Source: Octopus vulgaris (taxonomy: Eukaryota). Taken from it: DNA of 64,000 bases. Below the pieces are notes generated by a model that made no database searches, was not told the origin of the DNA, and saw nothing but the letters and a program-made list of their open reading frames with translations. The position numbers and the translations under genes are program-made. Location of the stretch: NCBI GenBank assembly GCA_951406725.2, contig OX597829.1, positions 868,001-932,000 on the forward strand, read 5' to 3'. Below, piece after piece: positions 41,279-57,292 of this stretch; the stretch's first letter is position 1, and each line of letters begins with the position of its first letter.

Positions 41279-42135
41279 TATTGGGTTAGCAACTAAGTTC
41301 CCGCCGTATTCTTAAATTTAAATTTTTTTAAAGGTTTAATAAAAAATAACAACAAATTAATCAATAATGTATTAACCCTTTTTTGTTTATAACTTCTTCC
41401 CAACGTTCAACAAGATTTTTCAATACCTCGTTGGTAGAAATCACCCGATTTCGACTCGAAGAATTGATCCAACCAAGCTCACAATTCTGCATCACTATTG
41501 AACGAAACTCCGCACATAGCATTTGAAAGAGATGGAAAGCCATTGGTGCCAAATCAGGAGAGTACGGCGGGTATGGCAGCACTTCACAGTCATGTGTTTG
41601 AATATTGGCGATATGAGGGCGAGCGTTGTCGTGCAGCAGAAGAACTCCATGCTGCCGATTGGGTCTTTTCTCTTTAATAGCCACGATGAATTATTCCATC
41701 TGTTGAACATAGAGTTCCGTGTTGACCGTTTGGTTCCGTTCAAGCAATTCGTGATGGATAATCCCTTCCCAATCCCACCATATGCACAACATCATTTTAC
41801 GCGGATGAAGATCATGTTTCATGCACTGTGTCGCTTGTTTACCGGGGCTAAGCCATTCCTTACGCTGCTTCATATTGATGTACAGGCGCCATTTTCTGTC
41901 GCCAGTAACGATTCGGTAAAGAAATCGTTGCTTGTGTCCATGAGTTGAGTGGTGATGAGCAAGTAAACCAGCGGAGATTGTGTCTCGCTGATTTTTGTTG
42001 TTGTCAGTTTAGGCACGCGGAACCCATGTTCCCTACTTCTGAACCTTTCCCATCGAGTGAAAATGCTTCTCTATAGCAGCGTGGGAGCATTCCATTTTTT
42101 CTGCCAGTTCCTTTGTCGTTTGACGAAAATTATTC
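41279..42135 (-). mobile_element. Mariner (DD34D-type) transposase remnant with 3' TIR
   Basis: WVP motif, HPRKMMLCIWWD, LLHDNARPH and PPYSPDLAP..FHLF, with frameshifts. The end tattgggttagcaactaagttcccgcc is TIR-like. Confidence 0.9.
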
Positions 42136-42199
42136 AACCCAAGAATAACAATCGGGAAGTGCGTACTTTAAACTTGTAACACAAAAAGTACGAAAAACT

Positions 42200-43365
42200 A
42201 CACGTGCAAAACAATGTGACAACAGAAATGAACGGACCGGTATCCTACGAAAATGACGACCGTCAAAATAAAGGGTCGGACGTTGTTCTTCATGTCCCGC
42301 AAATATAACCAAACAGGCATAAATGGACACGTGAGGAATATATTTCAATCTTACACGCTTACTTTACAGCAGTGCTCTACCCAAAGAACGAAAACACAAC
42401 AACATATACGTATAAAACAGGGAAGAAAAATAACCTAAAAAAAAACTTGGATACAGCAATGAACCCTAATAAACTAGCTAACATGCGAAGATGTATTCTC
42501 AACGCAAAAAAAAATATCAAAAATAGAAATAGAACATTTAAAAGAAAAAATACATCAGGAAAATGTAGATAGAAGCCACACAACAATGCCAAATAATATA
42601 AAAACTGAAATAGTAAAACACGAAGACAAACGAAACATTTCCAACAAAAACGAAGTAAACAAAAAACAACGAACCCAGACCGTATAGCGATGCAAAATAA
42701 TGTACAAAACACCACAGACAAACATACGAATGAGAAAGAAAACGAAAACAATCTAAAACCTACAAACAACGAAGGGGAACCTAATGATTATGATACTATA
42801 AAAACTCGAATAATCAAAGAACTGAAAACCACAGATCTCATAACGGACCACCGACCATACCTCCCAAAAATCAAAATAGACAACAAAACAACATCCATAA
42901 TAAATAGCATAAACCTGGTCGTCACGGAACAAACAGCCACTGAAACAAATGGCAATATCACTGAGCTAAATGACATAATATATGCAGCAGCCACTGCCGC
43001 CACAAAAGAAGCTAGATACTCCCTGAAACTCATCCAAACAGGAGTACTACTACCCAAACAAACCCTGTAGATAAATAATATCCCCACCCCAAAAAATACA
43101 AAAAACTTAGAAGAGATCTGCCGATTCTTCACGAAATTAGTCGACAAACAACGCTACTATGCAACAAAAAGAAAACAAAAATACCGTACAAATACAACAT
43201 CCCAGAAAAAGATTTACCTGAGATAAATGAAAAGCTAAAGCAAGATATCCTTGCCAAAGCACAAAGGATCCGCCAACGTTTCTTTGACCAAAACAAACAG
43301 TTCAACTCCAAAAGTTCTTCCAAGAACTTGGTAAAAATAAAATAGACATCACTGCAGCACCAACG
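42200..43365 (+). mobile_element. R4/Dong-like LINE N-terminal ORF remnant
   Basis: KWTREEYISILHAYF...NKLANMRR; RPYLPKIK; ITELNDIIYAAA; EKLKQDILAKAQRI. Ends at (TAA)n. Confidence 0.65.
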
Positions 43366-43367
43366 GC

Positions 43368-43456
<89 letters not shown>

Positions 43457-43600
43457 TATAATAATGATAATAATAATGATTATAATGATAATAATAATAA
43501 CAATAACAACAGCAACAACAATAGCAATAACAACAACAATAACAACAACAACATCCAAAAATACCTTAGGAATGAGGACCCAGGTTCGAAATTTCTCCAA

Positions 43601-43646
43601 GACACCTGATGAAAGCTGGAGGACATATCAGCCGAAACGTTGTGTT
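43601..43646 (+). ncRNA. Minimal type I hammerhead motif in a short element (about 43553-43730) after (TAA/CAA)n
   Basis: GACAC-CTGATGA-a-aGCTG gaggacatat CAGCc-GAAA-CG-TT^GTGTT. Confidence 0.7.
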
Positions 43647-43904
43647 ATCAACTAACAAGTTGAAGATAAATATCCGTCATTTGTAAATAATGAAAATAGC
43701 ATACATAATTCCTCATCTCTTGAATATAGAGATAGATAAGTAAACAGACAGGCAGACAGAAAAAAAAAAACAAGATGAGGACAAATATCCTTCAATTGTA
43801 AATAATGTAAAGAATGTATCTATCTATCTGTCTGTCTGTCTATCTATCTAATTATATCTATTTATATATCAATCTGTGTGCGTGTCTGTCGGTTTACCTA
43901 TTAC

Positions 43905-44104
43905 CCTTCTCTTTTTACTCATTTACTTGTTTCAGTCGACTGTGGCCATGCTGGAGCACCGCCTTTAGTCGAACGAATCGACCCCAGGACTTCTATGTAA
44001 TCATAGTACTAGTTTCTTTTGCCGAACCGCTAAGTTACGGGGAACGTAAACACACCAACATCGGTTGTTAAGCGATGTTGGGGGAACAAACACAGATACA
44101 CAGC

Positions 44105-44192
<88 letters not shown>

Positions 44193-44356
44193 GACGGGCT
44201 TCTTTCAGTTTCCATCTACCAAATTCGCTCACAAAGCTTTGGTCGACCCGAGGCTATAGCAGAACACACTTGCCCAAGGTGCCACGCAGTGGTACTGAAC
44301 CCAGAACCATGTGGTTCGTAAGCAAGCTACTTACCACACAGCCACTCCTACGCCTA
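43905..44356 (-). mobile_element. CORE-type SINE
   Basis: Reverse-complement match to 23861-24278. A degraded plus-strand 3' half follows at 44395-44560. Confidence 0.88.
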
Positions 44357-45069
44357 TATATATATTTAAGAGATGGATCGTCTCCTTCACTTGAAAACCG
44401 GTGTTGATTTGTTTGCGTCTCCGTAACCCGGTGGTTCCGCAAAACTAACCGATAGAATAAGCTCCAGAGGTGAGAATAAGTTTAGGGATCGATGCGTTCA
44501 ACTTTCGAGGCGGAGCCCTAGCATGACAGCAGCCAATTGGATGAAACGCATGAAAGGTAAAAATGCATTAAACCAAGGCTACTTAATTCCGAACGTATCT
44601 AACAGAAGAGTTAACACTAGAAACAAACCACGAGAAAAACGAAGAAAATTCTAAATATAACAACAGATGAAGTCTTATGAAAAACGCATCATCAGTTATT
44701 GATTTTCAACAGATGCAGTTAAATAGTGTCAGTGATAATCATATGTTATATTGCACTTTTGAGAAATAAATGAGAAAAGAAGTCACAACTGGTTTGTGCG
44801 TTCTCAAATGAATACCACGACACATAATAAAAACGTTTCCGTTGTATGATACAGCATCAGAACAGTGACGTTTCAAAGGAAGACATACTGCAAGCGACGA
44901 TGTTATTTGCAGTGAATAGTTATCGTTCTTTTAAGTTTCATCGTTTTGGACGTTTAATCACGCTTCTGTTGATACTTTTTTTTTTTCAACGAGCATTTTC
45001 GCCAAATTTGTTTTATATAATTGAATAATTCTTATTATATTCCCATTCATTTACATATAAGAAAATTAT

Positions 45070-45298
45070 ACGTATATACATACAAACATACATACATATA
45101 TACATACATACATACATACATACATAACATACATGCATACATACAAACCTACATACATACATACATACATACATACATACATACATACATACATACATAC
45201 ATACATACACATACAAGCATACACACACATACATATATATATATATACACATACATATACATATATACACATATATATATACATACATATATATATAT

Positions 45299-45357
<59 letters not shown>

Positions 45358-46255
45358 TACATATATACATATATCTATATGTGTGTGAATATATATATAT
45401 ATATACATATATATCCTTACGTGACTATCTAACGTATAAATCCTTGTAATCCCCATTAGCGAATGAAATACATTTAATGCAGAAGAAATAATACCAAAAT
45501 ATTTCTATTTTTGTGTTTTATGTCTGTGTATTCGTGTGTGTATGTATGTATATATGTATGTATGTGTGTATGTGTGTGTGTGTATGCATGTATATATGTA
45601 TGTATGTGTGTGTGTGTGTGTGTAGGTATGTATGTATGTATTTATGTATGTATGTATGTATGTATGTATGTATGTATGTATGTATGTATGTATGCATGTA
45701 TGTATTTATGTATGTATGTATTTATGTATGTATGTATGTATGTATGTATGTATGTATGTATGTATGTATGTATGTATGTATGTATGTATGTATGTATGTA
45801 TGTATGTATGTATGTATTTATGTATGTATGTATGTATGTATGTGTGTATATATATGTATGTATGAATGTATGCGTGTATGTATGTATGTATGCATGCATG
45901 TATGTATGTATGTATGTATGTATGTATGTATGTATGTGTGTATGTATGTATGTATGTATGTATGTATGTATGTATGTATTTATGTATGTATGTATGTATG
46001 TATGTATGTATGTATGCATGTATGTATTTATGTATGTATGTATTTATGTATGTATGTATGTATGTATTTATGTATGTATGTATGTATGTATGTATGTATG
46101 TATGTATGTATGTATGTATGTATGTATGTATGTATGTATGTATGTATGTGTGTATATATGTATGTATGAATGTATGCGTGTATGTATGCATGTATGTATG
46201 CATGCATGTATGTATGTATGTATGTATGTATGTATGTATGTATGTATGTATGCAT
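45070..46255. repeat. (ATAC)n/(TA)n tract and long (TATG)n tract
   Basis: Direct reading. Confidence 0.95.
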
Positions 46256-46825
46256 AAAAGAACTGAAAACGATTAGACTTTAATTTAAGTAATTTTGGCA
46301 TACTTTGAAGACGTTGTATTAACGTATAAATTTCAATATTTTCTGTGTCTAAATATGTTGATGTTACAGAAACAATTGTCGGCTTCGTAAGGAGATTACT
46401 ACAATTAAAGATGTCATTTTCTCTATACATATTTTTGCTATATACATGTGTGTGTGTGTCTGTCTGTCTCTGTGTATAAAAGTTATTAATTTATTGAATC
46501 TACAGAAATTTACGCAATTAGCATCAGATGGCTGCTGCTGTTTCTGCGCAAAGAAACAATGCAGTTAGAGCTGTGAGATTCTGCAACATCGTATAACTTC
46601 CTCGGAGCCTTGATTAATTTAAATGAAGTGTATGCATATTTCAAAGAGCACCTGCAAACCTGCAAACTCAATCACGTGTAAACCCTACCCAGCCACGCGC
46701 GCATACTCTCACTCTCTCTCTCTTTCTCTTTCTTTCTCTCTTTTTCTTTCTTTCTCTCTCTCTCTCTCTCTCTCTTTCACACACAAACACATACGTCTGT
46801 GTGTGTTTCTGTATCTGTATGTATT

Positions 46826-46989
<164 letters not shown>

Positions 46990-46992
46990 TAC

Positions 46993-47037
<45 letters not shown>

Positions 47038-47060
47038 GTATATCAATCTAACTATCTATC

Positions 47061-47137
<77 letters not shown>

Positions 47138-47228
47138 GTGTATATATATATGTCAAAATGAAACCACTTGTATTGTTGGCGATTTTTCCCCCCGTCTTCC
47201 TTTTCTCTTGGACTTTCCTCTGTCTCCT

Positions 47229-47264
47229 GTTTTTGAAGAAGAGCTTTGCTCGAAGCGTAAAAAC
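47229..47264 (+). ncRNA. Mutated copy of the 11729 minimal hammerhead
   Basis: gttt-TTGAAGA-a-GAGCtttGCTC-GAAG-CG-TA-aaaac, with two core substitutions. Confidence 0.45.
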
Positions 47265-47349
47265 CAACCTTCTTTACCTCCTTGACCGTCTACAAATACT
47301 TTACATGTCCTCGCGTTTTTATTTTTGTGTCTGTTCTTCGTTTTGTTTT

Positions 47350-47429
<80 letters not shown>

Positions 47430-47508
47430 GCACACACTTAAATTAAAAATGATAATAACAGAATCAATATTATATAGGCGATTGCAGGCGCCCCCAAAAA
47501 GCATTAAA

Positions 47509-47632
47509 TAGCTGAAGGATTAAAATTAATCAAAGGATCGAAATTAATCGCCAAAAACACCAGTTTTGACTGCTATTTCCAGCATGTAGACATACTTAGC
47601 ATGTTCCTTGATTAATTTTAATCCTTCAGCTA
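47509..47632. repeat. Short inverted repeat (25-bp perfect arms) ending at TA repeats
   Basis: TAGCTGAAGGATTAAAATTAATCAA at 47509-47533 and its reverse complement at 47608-47632. Confidence 0.8.
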
Positions 47633-47637
47633 TATAT

Positions 47638-47965
47638 ACAGGGATTGAACACAATAATGGAAACACCTAGGATCATAGCATCATAATTTTGAAATATTTA
47701 TAAAAACATCAAAAGCTTGTTTATTTTTATGTTTTTTTTAATAAAAATTATTATTAGTGTTGTTTAATATGTCGTGCTAAAATTGTTGTTCCTTTTGAGA
47801 TATGATCAAAAAGAAAAAAAAGGGTAATTAAAATTCATTAAAATGATAGATCTATCAGACTTTCAAAGAGGTCAAATAGTTGGTACTTGTATGGGAGGCG
47901 CTAGCGTAACGAAAACAGACGAAATGTTTGGTGTATCAAGAAGTACTAACTCGAATGTAATGACA
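47638..47965 (+). mobile_element. Tc1-like element 5' fragment
   Basis: TA|CAGGG...aataatggaaacacct TIR-like start, then DLSDFQRGQIVG...GASVTKT.EMFGVSRST (paired-like HTH). Confidence 0.85.
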
Positions 47966-48115
47966 GTTTCGCTCCTTGGCACGGCCAGAGTCAACAGGAA
48001 AAAATTAGATAGTTGAAAGGAACAGATGGGGGTTGCACCATAGGCTTCATGTAGCAAGGCTGCTACGCTGCAAGACTCCAGGGGTTCCAACAAAACCTGA
48101 GTTAAGAGAACAATG

Positions 48116-48203
<88 letters not shown>

Positions 48204-48303
48204 TGATGATAATAATAATAATAATGATGATAATAATAATAATAATAATGATAATAATAATAATGATAATAATAATAATAATGATAATAATGATATGATA
48301 ATG

Positions 48304-48418
<115 letters not shown>

Positions 48419-49382
48419 TGATGATAATAGCAACGACAACAACAATAATGATAATAACAATACATCATCCCCTCATATTCGCTTCATCCGCAGATCCGGA
48501 CCACTTCTTCATAATGCCGAATGTTGCTCATTTAAACGGCGATTGAACGCTGAGTCGCGTTCTTTGGTTGATGTCTTTTGTAAAATTTTCCGTTGCCCCC
48601 AATAACGGACGTCACTGTTGGAGTGTTCCTCCATAGTTGTTCATTGCCGGATGTCAGGGAGCATTTCTCTCTCTCTCACTCATTCAGTCACTCACTCACT
48701 CACACACCCTCTCGAGTACTTTTCTTCTAACCAGGTTTGCTTCTCTGCGTGTGTTAGTTTTTTTTTCTTTATTATGCCCTCGCCTCCTCTCTCGTATTTT
48801 AAGTGCGTGCACTTTCATCAAGTTTTAACAAATGGAATGGGAATAGCAGAAAACAGACAGGCGTGGAAAAGGATACAAAAAAGAAAAAAAGAAAAAGAAA
48901 AAGAAAAACTGCAAGTGTGTATGTCTGAAGTCACTTTCATCATATTAACTCGGCTGCTTACATCCAACCAACCAACATGGCCTGCTGTTTCAGCCGACAG
49001 CCTCACATTTAGACTGTTTCCTATGTACAGAAGCATGCATATAAGCACGTAAGCTGTATATTTTGTACATGGACACACACACACACACACACACATTAAA
49101 GCCGTGTCAGAGCGTCAGCGTGCGCGTGGACGCGCGAGAGTGTATGCATACGTCTTTTTGTATGTATATGTATGCATGTATGTATGTATGTATGTATGTA
49201 TGTATGTATGCATGTATGCATGTATGTATATATGTGTATGCATGCATGTATATGTGTATACATGAATGTAAGTATGTATATATGCACGTGCGTACGTGCG
49301 TATGTATGTCAGTGTGTATGTCTGTGCGCGCATATATATTTATATACAAAAGTACGTACATAAATACATGCATACATACATA

Positions 49383-49424
<42 letters not shown>

Positions 49425-49591
49425 CATATGCACACGCACAAAGGTATATGTCTGTGTGTATGCATGTGTGTGTGTGTGTGTGATGAGCGTGTGCCTAAGT
49501 GTGTATTCCGGTCTTACTTTGGGTATATACGTCCAACGCATGCACCGATATATCTGTCTATTCATCTGTGTGCGAGGTACATCTGAATATG

Positions 49592-49680
<89 letters not shown>

Positions 49681-49741
49681 ATATATATTTCTATATATAT
49701 ACATATTTATATATATATATAGAAATATATATATATATAGG

Positions 49742-49773
<32 letters not shown>

Positions 49774-49833
49774 TATACATGCGTACATAAATGTACGTGA
49801 GTGTGTGTGTGTTTGTGTGTGCTTGTCTTCATT

Positions 49834-49866
<33 letters not shown>

Positions 49867-50764
49867 AAAAGTGGTTGAGAAAGAAAAGACAAATGTATTG
49901 GAAAATGGCAGCATACATATTCAATTATGAAACATAAACATGCATTTGTATAAGTGCAGAAGCTTTAATGAAATTTGCACGTAGTCACACATAAATGTGG
50001 CGGCGTTAAAACAAAACAAAATAGCAACAACAACAACAAAATATATACGTACAAAAATAACAAAAAATATATACTAGATTAAAGGCAAACAAAACAAAAC
50101 AAAAATGAAATAAAAAGTAAAAAATAAAATGAAATAAAATAAAGTAAAAATAAAAAGTAAGAGATAAAGAAAGATGGAGGAAGGGAAAACGGAATACAAA
50201 AGATGGCCGAAACCATTAAGTTAATTTCTTCCTGCTTCCTCGAAGGACAATCCGAGGTGGGAAGGAGAGTATTATGCCGCATTCCCCCATTTCGTTTTTC
50301 CTGCCTCTCTTCCATTTGCTTTAGTATCTTTCACTTAAGCTGTCTCTCTCCACTTTCCCCTCTCTCTTTCTCTGTCTCATTCTTTTTACCTCTCTCTCTC
50401 TCCCTCTCTGTTTTTCTCTTATATTCAACATCTAAATTTGACTCTCTTACTCTCTCTGTCTCTGTCTGTCTCACTCCATGTCTTTTCCTTTCGATTCATC
50501 ACTCAATCCTTTACTCTGAACCTTTCTTTTCTCTTCTTACACTTTGCTTTCTATTTCATCGTTTCAGTAACTTCTCACTTCTTCCTCTAAACACACCCTT
50601 CTCTCTAAGTCTCTGTTTCTATTTCCAGTCTATTCCCTATTGTGAGAATTTTTCTCTCTCTTTCCTCCATCTTCCTCTTTTTATTTTTCATCAATACACA
50701 CACACACACACACATATATATGTATACATATATATATACACACACACATGTATATACATATATG

Positions 50765-50816
<52 letters not shown>

Positions 50817-50961
50817 TACATACGTTAGGCATTGGTAATACTAAATAATCCGGCGCAGAGCTCAATATACGAATGCACCATAACGAAGCGTTAATCATTT
50901 ACCAGAACGTTAATGAGAAGAGTGATGACATGAAACATGATGTGACTTTATACATGACTGA

Positions 50962-51042
50962 AGCTCTGAAGAAACACAAAGGTGTTACCCAGGCATTTAA
51001 ATGTGACTCCATTGCATCCTATAGCGGAAACATATGTAAGCT
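50962..51042 (+). ncRNA. Hammerhead-like motif with irregular stem II
   Basis: AGCT-CTGAAGA-...-GAAA-CATATG-TA^AGCT. Stem II does not close cleanly. Confidence 0.5.
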
Positions 51043-51093
51043 AATGAAGTTCATAAGATAATCGCTTATTCCTTCGTCATCTAATTATATGAT

Positions 51094-51129
<36 letters not shown>

Positions 51130-51150
51130 CATATACGCATATACACATAA

Positions 51151-51202
<52 letters not shown>

Positions 51203-51216
51203 GTATATATATATAT

Positions 51217-51410
51217 CGAGCTAGCGGAAATGTTGGCGCGCCGGGCGAAATGGTTAGCGGTATTTCGTCTGTCTTTATGTTCAAATTCCGCCGAGGTCGA
51301 CTTTGATTTTCATCCTTTTGGGGTCGATAATTTAAGTATCAGTTACGTCCTGGAGTCGATCTTATCGATTGGACCCTTCCCCCAAAATTTAGGGTTTGTG
51401 CATAGAGTAG
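51217..51410 (+). mobile_element. Older Meta-type SINE
   Basis: ttcaaattccgccgaggtcgactttgattttcatccttttggggtcgataa. Confidence 0.8.
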
Positions 51411-51544
51411 ATATGAATAAAAATATGGAGTGAACGCAGGTGTAATCAAATATTTTTACTTTCGACACATATATGCTGCCCTGGTAACTATTTATTTATT
51501 TTTTCCGTGATAATTGTTAACAAGGTAAAAATACTCTCATCTAT

Positions 51545-51584
<40 letters not shown>

Positions 51585-51586
<2 letters not shown>

Positions 51587-51752
51587 GGTCCCGGGTTGAT
51601 TCGGGGTTAACCACAGTAAGTAAGGTACTCAATACATAGCAGAGTAAAATTAATTTATTATATAGAAGGAGTTCTCAGGACTAGTACTGTTACATTCAAG
51701 AGAAATCTTCAAGATTTCTCTTGAATACAGTACTATAAACTCCTTCTATATA

Positions 51753-51758
<6 letters not shown>
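51585..51758. mobile_element. Fold-back pLTR-like element in (TA)n
   Basis: Leader with aggtactcaatac, then the palindrome atttattatatagaaggagtt...attcaagagaaatct|agatttctcttgaat...aactccttctatataataaat. The minus strand has a broken core TTGAAGA...gtaa-CAGTACTAG-TC. Confidence 0.7.
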
Positions 51759-51815
<57 letters not shown>

Positions 51816-51896
51816 TATACATATGCATATATATACTCATACACGTATATATGCATATATATGTGTGTGTTTGAGTGTGTGTGTGTGTGTGTTTGT

Positions 51897-51939
<43 letters not shown>

Positions 51940-52083
51940 TATATATATACATATATACATATATACATATGCACACACACAGGCACAGACACACTCACAC
52001 ACACACACACACATATATATATATGTATATATACATATATACATATATATTTATCAAAATAAAAACATGATGCAAAGGATTTA

Positions 52084-52170
52084 GCGGTACATATGTTTCG
52101 GGCCTTTATTAGACGGTTTATAACAATGCATAATTGATGTAAACGTGTGTCAATAGCCATCTTCAGCCGC
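52084..52170 (-). ncRNA. Type I hammerhead motif with long stem II
   Basis: Minus strand: GCGG-CTGAAGA-tGGC.TATTGAC...GTTTA...TAAAC.GTCtAATA..GCCc-GAAA-CATATG-TA^CCGC. Confidence 0.72.
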
Positions 52171-52268
52171 GTACAATTACTACTTCAAGGACATGTATTA
52201 CATTATAAGTTTTACGTTGGGGATGCAAATCCTCATAGTCGCGTACGACATAGCGAGGCACCAAAACA

Positions 52269-52357
<89 letters not shown>

Positions 52358-52738
52358 CATATTTATGTAGATATAGATAGATAGATATGAAATGTATACG
52401 CATATACTTATATATATCCACTAGTGTATTTCAGCAACAGAATCGGCAATATTATATGTGCAACACACATACGTACATACCTCAGGCAAAAGAGCCAGAA
52501 ACACACCTGAGGTGCGCAACTGGAAGATCCTGGGCCACATTGTGGTTTTACTTCTTCTACCTTAAGAAATAATTTTTCTTCACGGTAAATGCAAGGAATT
52601 TGCCATAAGAAGTTGAAATATGTTAACAACATATTTTACAACATAAAGTTCGTTTCTTCCTCATCACTGCTAAGTGTTAATTCCACTATACACAACATAG
52701 ACAGGCTCACACGCACACACACACGCACACACACACGC

Positions 52739-52771
<33 letters not shown>

Positions 52772-52863
52772 TTTTATGTCTATCTCTCTCTTTATCTATC
52801 TGTCTATCTATTTATTTATCTATCTACACACGCACACACACACACAAGCACGCGTGCGACCGT

Positions 52864-52908
<45 letters not shown>

Positions 52909-52995
52909 AATGTGTATTAAATTGATATTTATCTCTCACTGGATGGAGAACATTTTTTAGTTGATTCTACCGCTATTGGATCTATAAATTATATA

Positions 52996-53026
<31 letters not shown>

Positions 53027-53399
53027 TTGTCTGTGTGTCTGTGTGTCTATGCATGTCTGTGTGTTTTTACACGAACACAGGAATAACTAATGCTTACATA
53101 ATACTTTGAATATTGTGATATTTTTCGAATCCATCTTTAATCATAATATTACAAGCAAAAAACCAGCGTCGGAGAAAAAAGTTCTCACGCATTCACACCG
53201 AAGCTCATCATACACGTACGAATAATATAGCCAAAGAGAAGATTGTAACACGTAATGTTTGTACAATCATATACTCATTGCATATCTTTTCCAGATCTTC
53301 TGTCTTTTTTTTTTACTCATTATCTTAGCTTATAACCACCACTACCACTACCTCTGCAACCATCGCCGCCGACACCATGATCATAGTGTTCGTGGTTGT

Positions 53400-54190
<791 letters not shown>

Positions 54191-56136
54191 CTTACAATGT
54201 TTTTGCCGCCATTTTAATATAGTCTTTATACATTATTATTATTTTTTGTTTTGCTCTCACTTTTAATTTGTTTTTGTTTTTAGCTTAATTATTTTTTTTC
54301 CTATGCATCTTATTTTATTATTTTTATGTTCTCTGTCTTTTATCCTCACCCACACCCACTCTATTACGCCGCCCCCGCCCCATCTCCCCTCTCTCCTAAC
54401 GTCCATTTACACAATTTCCTTTGATCAAGCCATTCGGTGAATCTGGTATCACAAGTGTTTATTCAACTTCACCCATTTCTTTTGCATTTGTACATTATGG
54501 TGATGAAGACCTGTGACCCGCCACGCCTCTTCCGCTTTGCTTCCTCCTCTTTAGACCGCCTCCAGTTTCCTCGCTAGCATTTCTTCTCTCCACCTTCTAA
54601 CAGGATTTCTTTCGTTTTCCTTCTATCACTTCATCTTCCAATCTTTATTATTCCCCTCTCCTCCTTCTCTATAGCTCTCCACTTCTCACTCACCTCTTTC
54701 TCTCTCTTTCTTTTCATTCTTATCTATCGCTCTTTTTTTCTTTCTCTCTTGCTCTTTAGCTTTCTGGCTTATTATGTTTTTAATGAAAAAAAGATCACTT
54801 TATCATCTTATATCTTTCTATTTCTGATCAACTTCTTATCGATTTCTTTCATTTATTTCTCCTTCCCATTTTCTCACTTTCTCTCTCATTCTCGGTCGCT
54901 CTTTCCCTCCTCTTCTCTCTCACTCTCTCTCTCTCTCTCTCTCGCTCTCTCTTTCTCTGTCTATATTTTTCAGTTCATTCCCAGTCTTTATGTATATTTT
55001 TTATCTATTTCCTAATTTTATTTATCACTAACTCCCTCTCTCTCTCTTTCTCTTTCATTCTCTTTCTCTGTCTCCGTCTATCTGCCTCTCTCCTTCTTTC
55101 TCTTTCTCTCTCTGACTCGCTCACTCTCTCCTATTAATCTGTCTATCTATCTCTATCTCTCTCTATCCATCAATACTTGATTTCTTTTATCTCACACATT
55201 TCTACTAATTTCTTCCCATCTCTCCCTCTCACTTCTCCTCCCCCCCTCTCTCTCTAATTATATATCTATCTACCAGTCTCTGTCTCTTCTTCCTCTTTTC
55301 TTTCTTCCCATCCATTTTTCTTCTACTAAATTCCACTTATTTTATGCTTGATGAATTCTTACATTCTCATCTCTAATATCACACAACACGAGAGCACACA
55401 TAGACACAAACGCACACATATACACTCACATACACTCACATACAGAGCCCATACACGTACGCAAACAACCACAGAAGCACTTTCATACATAGATAAGCGC
55501 ACACACTACACACTCCCCAGCCTCCTCTCAAACAAACCGCCATATTTCGTGTTCAGCCATTACATGTTCTCTTCGTTTATTGATCATAGATTTCTTGTTT
55601 CATTGCGATACTATCTTAACACAATATATTTATTCTTCATTTGATGTGTTCGCCCACAGCGTATTTCTCTTTATAGCAGTCATTGCTTGCAGTGTAAAGG
55701 GATCTAGCGTCAAAATTTCGATAAATTTCAAATATTCCTTCCACTTCTTTGATCGCTAGAAACTGCCTATTCGTGGAATTTTGGTGTGAGAGGAGGTGTA
55801 TTCTTGCAGACGTGTTGTTCCCTTGACGCAATCATAAGGCAATCCTACATAGAGAAATGATTCTGTGCATATGTGTGTGAGTGTGTGTGTGAGTGAGTGT
55901 GTACATGTCTGAGTACGTGTGTGCGTCTGTGTGTGTGTGTGTGTTTGTGTATATATATCTATCTATATATCATCCATCTATCTATCTTTATATATATATA
56001 TATATATATATATATGATATATATAAAGATAGATAGATGCATGATAGATAGATACATAGATAGATAGACAGATAGACCAATGGATAGACAGATATGTATG
56101 CATGCTTATATATATAGATATATATGGATGTATGCT

Positions 56137-56172
<36 letters not shown>

Positions 56173-56387
56173 ATAAGCAAATATATATATCATATATATA
56201 TATATGTGTGCGTGTGTGTGTATGTAAATGTATGTAGATTTGTATGTATGTATATAAATATGTGTGTGTATGTATAAATATATGTATATGTGTGCGTGTA
56301 TATAAATACATATATTGAGATATGCGCATGTATCATATATACACACACAGATAAATCTCTCTCTCTCTCTATACATATATATATATG

Positions 56388-56460
<73 letters not shown>

Positions 56461-56509
56461 TTATATATGCATATACATACTTATTTACACTCATATATAT
56501 TCACATATA

Positions 56510-56579
<70 letters not shown>

Positions 56580-56909
56580 TATATGTGTGTATGTGTGTGT
56601 ATGTGTGTGTATGTATGTGTGTGTGTGTGTGTGTGTGTTTGAATATACACTGTATTATATATAAATATATACGTGTACGTATATTTACATACATATTTCT
56701 ATACAGAGAGGCGTTCATGCATTCTTGGCCAAGAATGCATATTTTACGTTTCCCAGTCAGCTATATTTGTCGCGCTGTCAACCTCAGCTGATACAATCTC
56801 TGCAGTCACATTGTGCGTTGTCTTGACTAGACCTTTCAATCACATCCACACTCGAATCACATCCAGCCCTGCTTTTACATAATTTGTCTCGGCGGTTTTT
56901 GCACAGCTC

Positions 56910-57222
56910 TTCTCCTCCTCCTCCTTCTTCTTCTTCTTCTTCTTCTTCTTCTTCTTCTTCTTCTTCTTCTTCTTCTTCTTCTTCTTCTTCTTCTTCTTCT
57001 TCTTCTTCTTCTTCTTCTTCTTTTTTCTTCTTCTTCTTCTTCTTCTTCTTCTTCTTCTTCTTCTTCTTCTTCTTCTCCTTCTTCTTCTTCTTCTTCTTCT
57101 TCTTCTTCTTCTTCTTCTCCTTCTTCTTCTTCTCCTTCTTCTTCTTCTTCTTCTTCTTCTTCTTCTTCTTCTTCTTCTACTTCTTTTTCTTATCTTCTCT
57201 TTCATCGCCGCTGTCGTTGTTA

Positions 57223-57292
<70 letters not shown>

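Noticed and set aside
45070-46255. (ATAC)n facing (TATG)n as a functional inverted repeat
   Set aside because: Expected by chance given the density of these tetranucleotide repeats.
55640-55850. Possible host exon after a pyrimidine tract
   Set aside because: No supportable reading frame or donor site. RNA-seq would be needed.
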